Virus record (IMG/VR): IMGVR_UViG_3300044541_000063
Span: 11,819 to 75,818 of that record
DNA length: 64,000 bases
Strand: one strand, 5' to 3'
Origin: a virus
Lineage: Duplodnaviria; Caudoviricetes
Made by a program: the position numbers and the translations under genes. Below, in pieces: positions 18,742 through 26,429 of this stretch. The notes under the pieces were generated by a model. That model made no database searches, was not told the origin of the DNA, and worked only from the letters and a program-made list of their open reading frames with translations. Position 1 is the first letter of the stretch. Each line of letters begins with the position of its first letter.

Positions 18742-19053
18742 ATGGAACTCTGGAAGATCGGCGCGCGTCTGCGCTATCTGCACGGCCGCACTCCAAGCTG
18801 TCAGCCGGGCGACATCGAGACTCTCATCAAGGAGCTCGACCCGATCGGCAGCGGAACCAGCTATCCGTACCTCAGGCTCGCTCGGCACGTCGGCGCGGCC
18901 TACGGCGACGTTCTGTGGTTCGCAGACTTTCTGCAGGGCGGCGGCAACCTGAGAATCAGCGACGTGCGCGTGCACGGCGCGCTCGAGCGACTGAACAACG
19001 AGCAGCGCGAGGCGATCATGCGCGTCGTGCACGACAGGAGGGCCAAGTCATGA
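18742..19053 (+). CDS. Hypothetical protein (103 aa)
   Basis: AAGGAG RBS. Confidence 0.6.
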   Translation: MELWKIGARLRYLHGRTPSCQPGDIETLIKELDPIGSGTSYPYLRLARHVGAAYGDVLWFADFLQGGGNLRISDVRVHGALERLNNEQREAIMRVVHDRRAKS

Positions 19054-19223
19054 GAATGTCGTCTCCAGAACTTGAGATACTGCGCAACCCGCAAGTCATC
19101 CTCACAGCTCTGTCGCTGCTCGTGCCGAGAGAGGAGGCTGCGACGCGTATCGAGATAACGAAGCGCATCTGCCGAATCCAGGAGATCTCGAAGGGTGCCA
19201 CGACGTGGCCGGAGGACAGCTGA
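19050..19223 (+). CDS. Hypothetical protein (57 aa)
   Basis: AGGAGG RBS; coupled. Confidence 0.55.
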   Translation: MRMSSPELEILRNPQVILTALSLLVPREEAATRIEITKRICRIQEISKGATTWPEDS

Positions 19224-19624
19224 TGAAGGAGGACGAGGTCAGGGCACTGCACGAGCTCGAGCGTCTGTGGGGGCTGCCGGCCGCGCCGAGCATCGCCTGC
19301 CCGTCGTGCGGCAAGCGCAGCTACAACGCCAACGACGTCAACTATCGGTACTGCGGCTACTGTCACCAGTTTCACGACGACATGCTGCCGAAGGACGTCA
19401 ATCCGAAGACCGGCACCACACCGGAGGACGGTGCCGCGCCTCCGAACTTTCTGATGAGAGAGCAGAGTCAGCGCGAGGAGTACGGCATGAGCCCCGAGTT
19501 TCAGTGGCCAACGTGGCCGGGCTGGCGCGCCTTCGTGTCGCTGGACGACTGGAGGCTGACCTTGGCCGTGATGGCCGGTGCCAGCGCGCTGACGCTCATC
19601 GTCATGCTCGCAGCGCTGCTGTGA
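19223..19624 (+). CDS. Zn-finger protein with C-terminal transmembrane helix
   Basis: CPSCG..YCGYCHQFH; hydrophobic C-terminus. Confidence 0.65.
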   Translation: MKEDEVRALHELERLWGLPAAPSIACPSCGKRSYNANDVNYRYCGYCHQFHDDMLPKDVNPKTGTTPEDGAAPPNFLMREQSQREEYGMSPEFQWPTWPGWRAFVSLDDWRLTLAVMAGASALTLIVMLAALL

Positions 19625-19735
19625 GCATAACGGAGCGTAACATTGCTTGATAATTTGGCTCCCTACGGGTAGGTTTACTTCGCCAGACAGGCGTGGCAGA
19701 CTTTATTGTCGTTGAACCAAAAGGAGATTTAGCAA

Positions 19736-20302
19736 ATGGCTGCGAAGAGAGGACCCAGGAGAACTACACGAATTTACTACGGAACAGGAGACGCGCCACT
19801 ATTCTGGATAGTTCGTGTCTCAGACGCAAAGGAGTCGGTGGCCATTGACGGTAACGTCTGGGACGCATTAACAGGGACACCGGGTCAGACTGTCGGATGT
19901 CAACTCTCTAACTGCGTCATGCGAAATCGTACGGTGTTCCCGCACGATGTCTTCTTTGCCTCATTCACGAAGCGTACCTGCTGGCTGGTTGACAAGATAA
20001 CGAATGGTCAACCTTCACACGCCGTGCGATACGAGCACTGGTACGGATCACTGGTTGACTTGAACGATACTGATATCAAGAAAGCTGCAGTGAAGATGCG
20101 TCCAGAGCTTGCTGAACGCCAGTTTGTTCTTAGAAAACCCTACAAGAAAAATAACAAGTACGGCGGCAGTGTTCCACAAGGGCGAACCACGAATGAGAGA
20201 GTGGCAATCGTTCCCAAGGGGGCACTGGCACGAGCTCGCAAGACAGGACTCATCACCGCTGATCTGGCGAGTCAGATCTCTAGCTGGTCAAGTGATAAAT
20301 AG
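19736..20302 (+). CDS. Hypothetical protein (188 aa), lower-GC gene
   Basis: AAAGGAG RBS; preceded by an AT-rich intergenic region containing the operator palindrome. Confidence 0.75.
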   Translation: MAAKRGPRRTTRIYYGTGDAPLFWIVRVSDAKESVAIDGNVWDALTGTPGQTVGCQLSNCVMRNRTVFPHDVFFASFTKRTCWLVDKITNGQPSHAVRYEHWYGSLVDLNDTDIKKAAVKMRPELAERQFVLRKPYKKNNKYGGSVPQGRTTNERVAIVPKGALARARKTGLITADLASQISSWSSDK

Positions 20303-20315
20303 GAAAGAAATAAAC

Positions 20316-20846
20316 ATGGGAAGTCAGAAGGGCAGACACTACCACTCGTGGACCGGTCCGGTGCGCGCCTACATGCGGTGTCTCGCGACCAGGTTCTTCG
20401 ACCGAGGGTACACGACGGAGAAGGAACTCGCGGCCATCTTCGCGCACCGCATTCCAAACTGGAAGGACCAGTTCGGAGGAACGATCACCGACAAGGCTCT
20501 TCGAGAACGTGCCGACAAGGCGCGGCGCAACGCGAGCGAGAATCCCGAGACGCATCCAGAGATGCGTCTGTACTGGGAGCAGGCCGGCAAGGACATGAAG
20601 TCCGGCAAGAAGTGGGACAGCTGGCAGCAGCTTCAGCATGAGCTTCTGGGGGAGTCTCTCAGTGAGAAGCCGCCGCTGGCTGAGGTCAAGCAGCTAGACC
20701 CGCTCACCGAGCTCGTCGCGTCCAGGGACGAGGAGCAGCAGTACGCGTGTCGCTCGTTCGTCGTCAGCGTGCGCCTCGTCGCCGAGATAACGCGCGTGCT
20801 GAAGCAGCACGGCATAAGCGCGATATTCGATCCGGTGACTAGCTGA
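20316..20846 (+). CDS. Hypothetical protein (176 aa)
   Basis: AGGAAAG RBS before ATG 20316. Confidence 0.65.
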   Translation: MGSQKGRHYHSWTGPVRAYMRCLATRFFDRGYTTEKELAAIFAHRIPNWKDQFGGTITDKALRERADKARRNASENPETHPEMRLYWEQAGKDMKSGKKWDSWQQLQHELLGESLSEKPPLAEVKQLDPLTELVASRDEEQQYACRSFVVSVRLVAEITRVLKQHGISAIFDPVTS

Positions 20847-21276
20847 GCAGCATGTCGGAGACGGCGGCCCAGTCCCAGCCGGCAGGGCCACCGTCCCACC
20901 AGTTCAGCACCGTGCCCGCGGGCAGCCTCTGGTGGTCCGACATGCCCATCTGCTTGAGCTCCCTGGCACTGCTGCCGGCCAGAAGCCACAGGCGGTCCCG
21001 CGCCTCGCGCTGAGGGCCGGGGGAGGCGCGCTGCCGCAACCCCACGAGCACTCTGCCGCCGTGGCGAGTTCGGCGCAGTATCCACCCGACCTGCACCGGG
21101 CGCAGCGGCACCGTCCATCCTGTCGTCTGCTTGAACTCGATCCATCCCTCCACTCCGCCGCAACAGTAGTTGCTGTCAGGCACTCCCCCGCCCGTGGCGC
21201 CGGTCTCGACGCTGTTCCAGTCGAAGTGCGGCAAGTGCGCCCTGAACAGGGGGCGAAGGTCGCCGTCGTCGCTCAT
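20839..21276 (-). CDS. PD-(D/E)xK nuclease, VRR-NUC/Holliday-junction-resolvase-like
   Basis: VETG..GVPD..GWIEFK..LRPVQVGW motif; CAGGAG RBS. Confidence 0.8.
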   Translation of the reverse strand: MSDDGDLRPLFRAHLPHFDWNSVETGATGGGVPDSNYCCGGVEGWIEFKQTTGWTVPLRPVQVGWILRRTRHGGRVLVGLRQRASPGPQREARDRLWLLAGSSARELKQMGMSDHQRLPAGTVLNWWDGGPAGWDWAAVSDMLLS

Positions 21277-21296
21277 CGTGGTCTCCTGCTCTCGGG

Positions 21297-21404
21297 TCAG
21301 TCCCATCCGGCGAACATGGCGCACAGCAAGATTATCGCTACGAGCGTGACCGCGCCCACGGCGTTGCCGTCCAGCTGCATTCTCAGTAGCTCTATCGGGT
21401 CCAT
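21297..21404 (-). CDS. Small membrane peptide (35 aa)
   Basis: MDPIELLRMQLDGNAVGAVTLVAIILLCAMFAGWD; TGATG coupling. Confidence 0.5.
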   Translation of the reverse strand: MDPIELLRMQLDGNAVGAVTLVAIILLCAMFAGWD

Positions 21405-21568
21405 CAGTCTTCCCTCAGTACGCACGGCCCGTCGTGGCCGGGCGGCAGCACGCACGTCCAGCTGCGGCGGTGCCAGCTGCGGCGGCGCAGCCAGTGCGCC
21501 AGTGCGGCCGTGAGCAGGCCGGCTAGGTACGCCGCCAGGGCCACTCCAGCGAGCTCCAGGGCTCTCAC
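21404..21568 (-). CDS. Small membrane protein (54 aa) with a C-x-L-x2-GHDGP motif
   Basis: GTGA coupling; N-terminal hydrophobic helix. Confidence 0.5.
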   Translation of the reverse strand: MRALELAGVALAAYLAGLLTAALAHWLRRRSWHRRSWTCVLPPGHDGPCVLRED

Positions 21569-21771
21569 CGGACGCTCCACTTGCCGGGCCGGCGCACGCG
21601 CACGGCCGTGTGAGGCTGACGCGGCGCTGCGAGGGCCGGAGGGTCCGGCTCGTCCAGGTGCGGCGGCAGGTCGTAGACCGGCAGCGAGGGCGTCGGCCGC
21701 TTGACGCCGGTGCCGCCGCGGCTGAAGACGTCCTGGTGACGGGCTGTCGTCTGCACCACAAGTTTCTTCAT
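21565..21771 (-). CDS. Hypothetical protein (68 aa)
   Basis: ATGA coupling; GAGGGG RBS. Confidence 0.45.
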   Translation of the reverse strand: MKKLVVQTTARHQDVFSRGGTGVKRPTPSLPVYDLPPHLDEPDPPALAAPRQPHTAVRVRRPGKWSVR

Positions 21772-21998
21772 CTTCGTCCCCTCTTCATGGCCTTCTCGAC
21801 CGTCTCGAACTTGTGCAGACACTGTCGGTTCGTGCACAGACGGAAGCGACGAACTCCGAGTCCGTCCTCCTGCCTTCGGGTGTCCACCACCTCCGTTCGT
21901 GAGGAGCACTTCGGGCAGGCGTGGCTCGCGCCGCCGCGCGGCTTGCCCTTCACGTCCTGCTGTCGCATCATTAGTGCGACTGCGCGCTTTCTTCCCAT
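21768..21998 (-). CDS. Zn-ribbon regulator (NrdR-N/Ogr-Delta-like)
   Basis: CPKCSSRTEVVDTR..VRRFRLCTNRQCLHKFETVE. Confidence 0.7.
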   Translation of the reverse strand: MGRKRAVALMMRQQDVKGKPRGGASHACPKCSSRTEVVDTRRQEDGLGVRRFRLCTNRQCLHKFETVEKAMKRGRR

Positions 21999-21999
21999 C

Positions 22000-22191
22000 T
22001 TACTGCTTCCTCTTCTTTCTGCCCGGCACGCCGGCCCTCGCCGCTATCTTGCACACCGCCGACTCGGTGCAATTCAGCTGTGCAGCTATCGCCAAGACCT
22101 TGACGCCCGACACGTAGCAGTTCAGCGCGAAGAGACGCTCCATCTTCGTGAGCGGTCGTCCGTGAACCTTCAGGTGCCTTCCAGCCTTCAT
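22000..22191 (-). CDS. Helix-turn-helix protein
   Basis: IAAQLNCTESAVCKIAAR HTH with basic tail. Confidence 0.7.
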   Translation of the reverse strand: MKAGRHLKVHGRPLTKMERLFALNCYVSGVKVLAIAAQLNCTESAVCKIAARAGVPGRKKRKQ

Positions 22192-22194
22192 GTC

Positions 22195-22668
22195 TCAGTG
22201 TCTCCTGCTCTCGGGCAACTCCTCGAGGACGCAGTACCCTCGCTTCACCGCGAGGGTCACGTCCTTGCGCCGCACGCCCCGAGCGATGGCGCGACGCAGC
22301 GGCTGTCCGTGCTTGAGAAGCGCGGCCATCCTCACGTAGATCGCGGTGTTGAGCTGGCGCTTGGCGCCCTCGAACTCGGACGGACGCGACAGCACCAGCA
22401 CGCGGCGGTCGTCGGGTCCGAGTTTGGGCGGGGGAAGCCCGCGATACTGTGCGGGCCTCCCCCTAGTGATCTTCCTGCCTATCAGGTGCTCGGCCGCTTG
22501 AAGTTCTCCGGCCTCAAGAAGTCGGAGAACTAGATCCGCTTGGCACAAGCCGGCCATCTCGGCGGCGTCGTGCAGCGAGCCGTCGCGCTTGAGATAGAAC
22601 CATCGACGCAGCTCGTGCGCTGCAGTCGCGCTTAGAGTCTCCACGAGTGGTCTGTATCGCTCTTGCAT
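22195..22668 (-). CDS. Putative DNA-binding protein carrying a third copy of the ~58-aa domain
   Basis: GGGAGG RBS; YVRMAALLKH..KRGY..L. Confidence 0.65.
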   Translation of the reverse strand: MQERYRPLVETLSATAAHELRRWFYLKRDGSLHDAAEMAGLCQADLVLRLLEAGELQAAEHLIGRKITRGRPAQYRGLPPPKLGPDDRRVLVLSRPSEFEGAKRQLNTAIYVRMAALLKHGQPLRRAIARGVRRKDVTLAVKRGYCVLEELPESRRH

Positions 22669-22879
22669 GCACCCTCCCAGGTGAGCCCGCAGTCACTACG
22701 GGTAGCGACACCGTTGCACGCTGCACCAGCGATTGCAAGCTGCAAATTACCGCGAATCTGGTTACAAGCGCAATCAGTTGCGGTTGCTTTGCATCGCAAA
22801 CACACTTTCGCGCGCGATCGCAAAATTCACCGTAATGACCACGATTTGAGTAGTACCACTGCACCGGGAGACCTCGCCG

Positions 22880-23189
22880 CCGGTATTAGACTTTGTCCGG
22901 TATATCCGGTATACCCGGTAATGTACTTGAGATTGCTTGAGTTTATTTTTGCGCACCGCAGCGGGGTCGCAGGTAAACGCGAATCCATGGAGTGCGCGAT
23001 TCGCGCTAATAACGCGAGCAGAAACAATGGGTTTACCGGGTATACCGGGGACAACTAACAATCGGTAGGGAAAACTCAAGCAGTAACAGTGTCTTTACCG
23101 GGTATACCGGGTATACTGCCTTGCCGCGCGCCCGCGCGTGTACATGCGTGCGCGCGCGCAAGTAGGTCCGGTATATCCGGTATATTCGG
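22880..23189. repeat. Iteron-like clusters of 9-bp CCGG(G)TATA repeats
   Basis: Clusters at 22897-22920, 23034-23049, 23096-23116 and 23168-23189, in both orientations, in a non-coding divergent region. Confidence 0.8.
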
Positions 23190-23207
23190 CATCCCCCGGT
23201 TATCTCC

Positions 23208-23236
23208 TTGCCAGGGCATTGCGGCCGTGCTAGCGA
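23208..23236 (+). promoter_or_regulatory. Possible sigma70 promoter for the late operon
   Basis: TTGCCA-17 bp-TAGCGA (lacks the -7 T, as is common in Alphaproteobacteria), upstream of the nusG-like gene. Confidence 0.3.
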
Positions 23237-23278
23237 CGATGCCGGGTTGAGTGGTAATTTGGGCAAAGGGGCCGGGCG

Positions 23279-23767
23279 GTGCGCGCTGTCAAAACCTACT
23301 GGGCGTTGGCGATTACAAGATTTCAGCAGGAGGAGCGAGCGGCGTCTCACGTCGAGAAGCAGGGTTTCACGTATTGGCTGCCGCGAATGGCAATGTTTAC
23401 CCTGAGGGGCGCTGAAAGGCGCTCCTTGATGTTTCCGGGATATCTGTTCTTTCAAGTTCGCGCTGGCTGGGAGGCAGTGTGCAGCACGAAGGGAATCGCG
23501 TCGGTGTTTCTGTGCGACGGGCTTCCGTCTCGTGTGCGGCAGGACGAATTCGAGTATCTGCGAGGACTCGAGGATGACCGCGGTCTGGTCGTGCTCCCTC
23601 CCAGGTTCAACGACGGCGACAGTGTTCGAGTGGTCAAGGGATCGTACAGCGGTGTCGTCGGTATGGTGCAGGGCATGTCGGTGGCCGGTCGCCTCAGCGT
23701 GCTCTGGTCAATGTTCGGCAAGGAAGTTTCGCTTCAGGTGAGCGAGAGCTCGCTTGAACTCGCGTAG
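23279..23767 (+). CDS. NusG-family transcription antitermination factor (RfaH/UpxY-like paralogue)
   Basis: NGN domain (W..T..QEERA..LMFPGYLF) plus KOW (GDSVRVVKGSYSGVVGMV). Confidence 0.9.
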   Translation: MRAVKTYWALAITRFQQEERAASHVEKQGFTYWLPRMAMFTLRGAERRSLMFPGYLFFQVRAGWEAVCSTKGIASVFLCDGLPSRVRQDEFEYLRGLEDDRGLVVLPPRFNDGDSVRVVKGSYSGVVGMVQGMSVAGRLSVLWSMFGKEVSLQVSESSLELA

Positions 23768-23776
23768 TTAGTCGCG

Positions 23777-23855
23777 TCGGGCGCGCACCCGAAACGGCCA
23801 ATCCCTGCGGCTGCTGCATTACAGCGAATGCTGGTGCAGCAGCCGTGGAGGGATT
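23777..23855 (+). promoter_or_regulatory. Structured RNA element between nusG-like gene and terS
   Basis: TCGGG-cgcgca-CCCGA hairpin, then an interrupted ~23-bp stem AATCCCT.GCGGCTGCTGCA..CAGC-GAAT-GCTG.TGCAGCAGCCGT..AGGGATT. Confidence 0.55.
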
Positions 23856-23872
23856 CACAACAGGAACATCAA

Positions 23873-24289
23873 ATGCTTAGAGATGAGCACTCTGGTCCAC
23901 AGCCTTCCAAGCAGGTCACGCGGAACGGCGCTCCTCCGCCTGCTCCTAAGGGGAATCTGTATGCGGCCGGCAATAAGGGTGCTCACAAGGACTTTCTCAC
24001 AAAGACTCTGATCTCGCAGCTGCACGAGGTGGTGAAGCGCGACGTGCCCCGCAAGGAGATCTACTTGTACAAGGGCAAGCCGAAGACGCGCTGGATCATC
24101 TCGAAGGAGTCTCACGAGCGCATTCACTTTCTCGTCGAGGCCCTGCTCGAGAACGCCATGAACGGCGAGACGGACGCCATAAAGTACGTGTTCGATCGCA
24201 TCGAGGGGCGACCCATGTCCATAATGCCTGACGACGGCAGCGGGCAGGGAGTCACTATCAACTTCCTCCAGGTGGACCAACGCATATGA
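23873..24289 (+). CDS. Terminase small subunit (probable)
   Basis: APKGNLYAAGN N-terminus; L-x3-A-x2-GE-x2-AIKYVFDRIEGRP motif; position before terL. Confidence 0.7.
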   Translation: MLRDEHSGPQPSKQVTRNGAPPPAPKGNLYAAGNKGAHKDFLTKTLISQLHEVVKRDVPRKEIYLYKGKPKTRWIISKESHERIHFLVEALLENAMNGETDAIKYVFDRIEGRPMSIMPDDGSGQGVTINFLQVDQRI

Positions 24290-24579
24290 GCAGCACCGAG
24301 GGAACAGCGAACATGGGCAGAAGCCACGAGGAGGCGTCGCGCCGGCGCGCCATGCTGGCGGCTCCTATTCCAGAGCGCGTGGAGCGCATCGTCGAGCTCT
24401 GGCGCTACCTCGAGGGCACAAACATTCCTGAGCAGCAGGAGGAGGCGCATCGCGCCGAGATCGCTGTTCTCAGCGCCAGCGTGCTCGGCGAGGTGCTCTG
24501 TGCCGTGGTGCGCGGCGCCGACGCCCTCGAGGCCATCTCGATGAGCGTCGGGCGCACCAAGGAACCGGGCGGAGTCTGA
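24286..24579 (+). CDS. Hypothetical protein (97 aa)
   Basis: Coupled ORF between terS and terL. Confidence 0.55.
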   Translation: MSSTEGTANMGRSHEEASRRRAMLAAPIPERVERIVELWRYLEGTNIPEQQEEAHRAEIAVLSASVLGEVLCAVVRGADALEAISMSVGRTKEPGGV

Positions 24580-24582
24580 TGG

Positions 24583-25956
24583 GTGCTGGACTACGCGACA
24601 GTCGACGCGACAGCCGAGCAGGCGCAGGAGGCGGCGCGAGCAGCGCTGCCGGTGCAGCTGACAGAGAAACAGCTGGCGGCGCTGGACGTGATGGCCGGGC
24701 CGCAGACACACACGTGCGGCGTCGGTGGTTCTCGCTCTGGAAAGACGTTCCTGTTTACCCGCTCGATGATCATGCGTGGACTCCGGGCCGCCCACTCCCG
24801 TCACCTGTTCGTCAGGCACCACGCGAATGCGCTTCGGGCCTCGGTGTGGCTGGACACGTTCCCCAAGGTCATGAGACTGTGCTTCCCGGGAGTCAAGTGC
24901 ATTCCGCACAGAATGGACGGCTTCGAGGAGTTGCCCAATGGGTCGCAGCTGTGGTTCGGTGGACTGGACGAGGGAGACCGCACCGAGAAGATTCTGGGCC
25001 AGGAGTACGCGACGATCTACGCGGGCGAGTGCAGTCAGATCCCGTATGGTTCGATCGTAGTTCTCCGTACGCGCTTAGCGCAGCCGGACACTGGGCTGAC
25101 CTTGAGAGGATTCTACGATCTAAATCCCACCTCCAAGAAACACTGGACCAATCTCGAGTTCGGCGAGAAGCTCGACCCGATCGCGCTCAAGCCACTGCCC
25201 AATCCAGAGGACTTCGAGCGGTTCTTCATTCAGCCGAAGGACAACGCGCGCAACCTGGACCCGAAGTACCTCAAGGGTCTCGAGAACCTGCCCGAGATGT
25301 ACAAGATACGTTTCTGGAGGGGCGAGTACAGCGTCGACATCGAGGGAGCTCTGTGGACCAGTGACGTCATCGAACTCAATCGCATCGAGCCGATCGATCC
25401 ACTCGCGAATCCAGGTGCGCTGGCGCAGTTTCAGCGCATCGAGATCGGCGTGGACCCGAGTGGCGCCATGTCGAAGTTCGACATGAAGTCCGACGCGATC
25501 GGCATCGTAGTCATGGGACGCACTCACGGCGTGCGCGGCAAGCGTAACGCAGTCGTGCTCGAGGACGGTACGCTGCGCGGTAGTCCAGAGGAGTGGGGCA
25601 AGCGCGTGGCCGCGCTGTACAAGAAGTGGAAGGCCGATCGCGTGGTGGCAGAGATCAACTTCGGCGGAGCCATGGTAGTGTCGACGATCAAGCTCGTCGA
25701 GCCGGCCATCAAGGTCGAGGTGGTCACTGCCTCGCGCGGCAAGGTGCAGCGTGCAGAACCCATCAGCGCACTGCAGGACCAGAACATGGTGAAGTACGCC
25801 GGCTACTTCCCGGAGCTGGAGTCGGAGCTCTGCAACTTCTCGAAGTTCGGCTATCAGGGCGACAGGTCGCCGGACAGGGCAGACGCCAAGATCTGGGTCG
25901 CGTCGTCGCTCATGGTCGAGGAGACCAGCACCTACACGCTGATGCACGTGTCATGA
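24583..25956 (+). CDS. terL: Terminase large subunit
   Basis: GGSRSGKT Walker A, GLDE, Walker B region YAGECSQ, nuclease IGVDPS and D-x2-DA; RGKVQRAEP. Confidence 0.93.
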   Translation: MLDYATVDATAEQAQEAARAALPVQLTEKQLAALDVMAGPQTHTCGVGGSRSGKTFLFTRSMIMRGLRAAHSRHLFVRHHANALRASVWLDTFPKVMRLCFPGVKCIPHRMDGFEELPNGSQLWFGGLDEGDRTEKILGQEYATIYAGECSQIPYGSIVVLRTRLAQPDTGLTLRGFYDLNPTSKKHWTNLEFGEKLDPIALKPLPNPEDFERFFIQPKDNARNLDPKYLKGLENLPEMYKIRFWRGEYSVDIEGALWTSDVIELNRIEPIDPLANPGALAQFQRIEIGVDPSGAMSKFDMKSDAIGIVVMGRTHGVRGKRNAVVLEDGTLRGSPEEWGKRVAALYKKWKADRVVAEINFGGAMVVSTIKLVEPAIKVEVVTASRGKVQRAEPISALQDQNMVKYAGYFPELESELCNFSKFGYQGDRSPDRADAKIWVASSLMVEETSTYTLMHVS

Positions 25957-26129
25957 TGACGCTGTGCTACTTCATCGTCGGAGAGGTGGTCCTTCTCTGG
26001 GGGCTGTTTCACCCAGGAGTTCAGGTCGTGAGAGTAGTGTCGATGCACGCGGCCATCCTCGGTTCGGTGATGACTGTCATTCTGTGGCCAGTCGTCATCT
26101 TAGCCAAGCTCAGGGACAGGTTCAGATGA
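25953..26129 (+). CDS. Small membrane protein (58 aa)
   Basis: Two hydrophobic segments; ATGA coupling. Confidence 0.55.
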   Translation: MMTLCYFIVGEVVLLWGLFHPGVQVVRVVSMHAAILGSVMTVILWPVVILAKLRDRFR

Positions 26130-26308
26130 CAGGTGGCGTGCAGACCTTCGTTCTCATAGTGGCGCTGAACAGCTACGGCTTCACGGCCGGGCCGTACTTC
26201 AGCGAAGCCGAGTGCGAGGTTGCGCGCGGCGTGGTGGTGCGCGCACTCGACAAGCGGATGCAGTTCAACACGTTCTGTCTGCCGGGCGCAGTGGTGGAGA
26301 AGCAGTGA
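26126..26308 (+). CDS. Small hypothetical protein (60 aa)
   Basis: GPYFSEAEC..FC motif; coupled. Confidence 0.55.
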   Translation: MTGGVQTFVLIVALNSYGFTAGPYFSEAECEVARGVVVRALDKRMQFNTFCLPGAVVEKQ

Positions 26309-26429
26309 GTTCGCGCCGAACCAAGGCGGCGCGAATGGTGCGGCAGTGGCCTCAGCGTGATAGCCGCGCCGACTGGCCGCTCGCCTCGGGTTCCCGACGA
26401 CCTAGGGGCGGGCGGCTCGTAACAGGAGT

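Noticed and set aside
1695-19684. TTTACTTCGCC recurring at 1695, 14942 and 19674
   Set aside because: At least one copy is simply preferred codons for Tyr-Phe-Ala (TAC TTC GCC), which also occur in other genes; not convincing as a site
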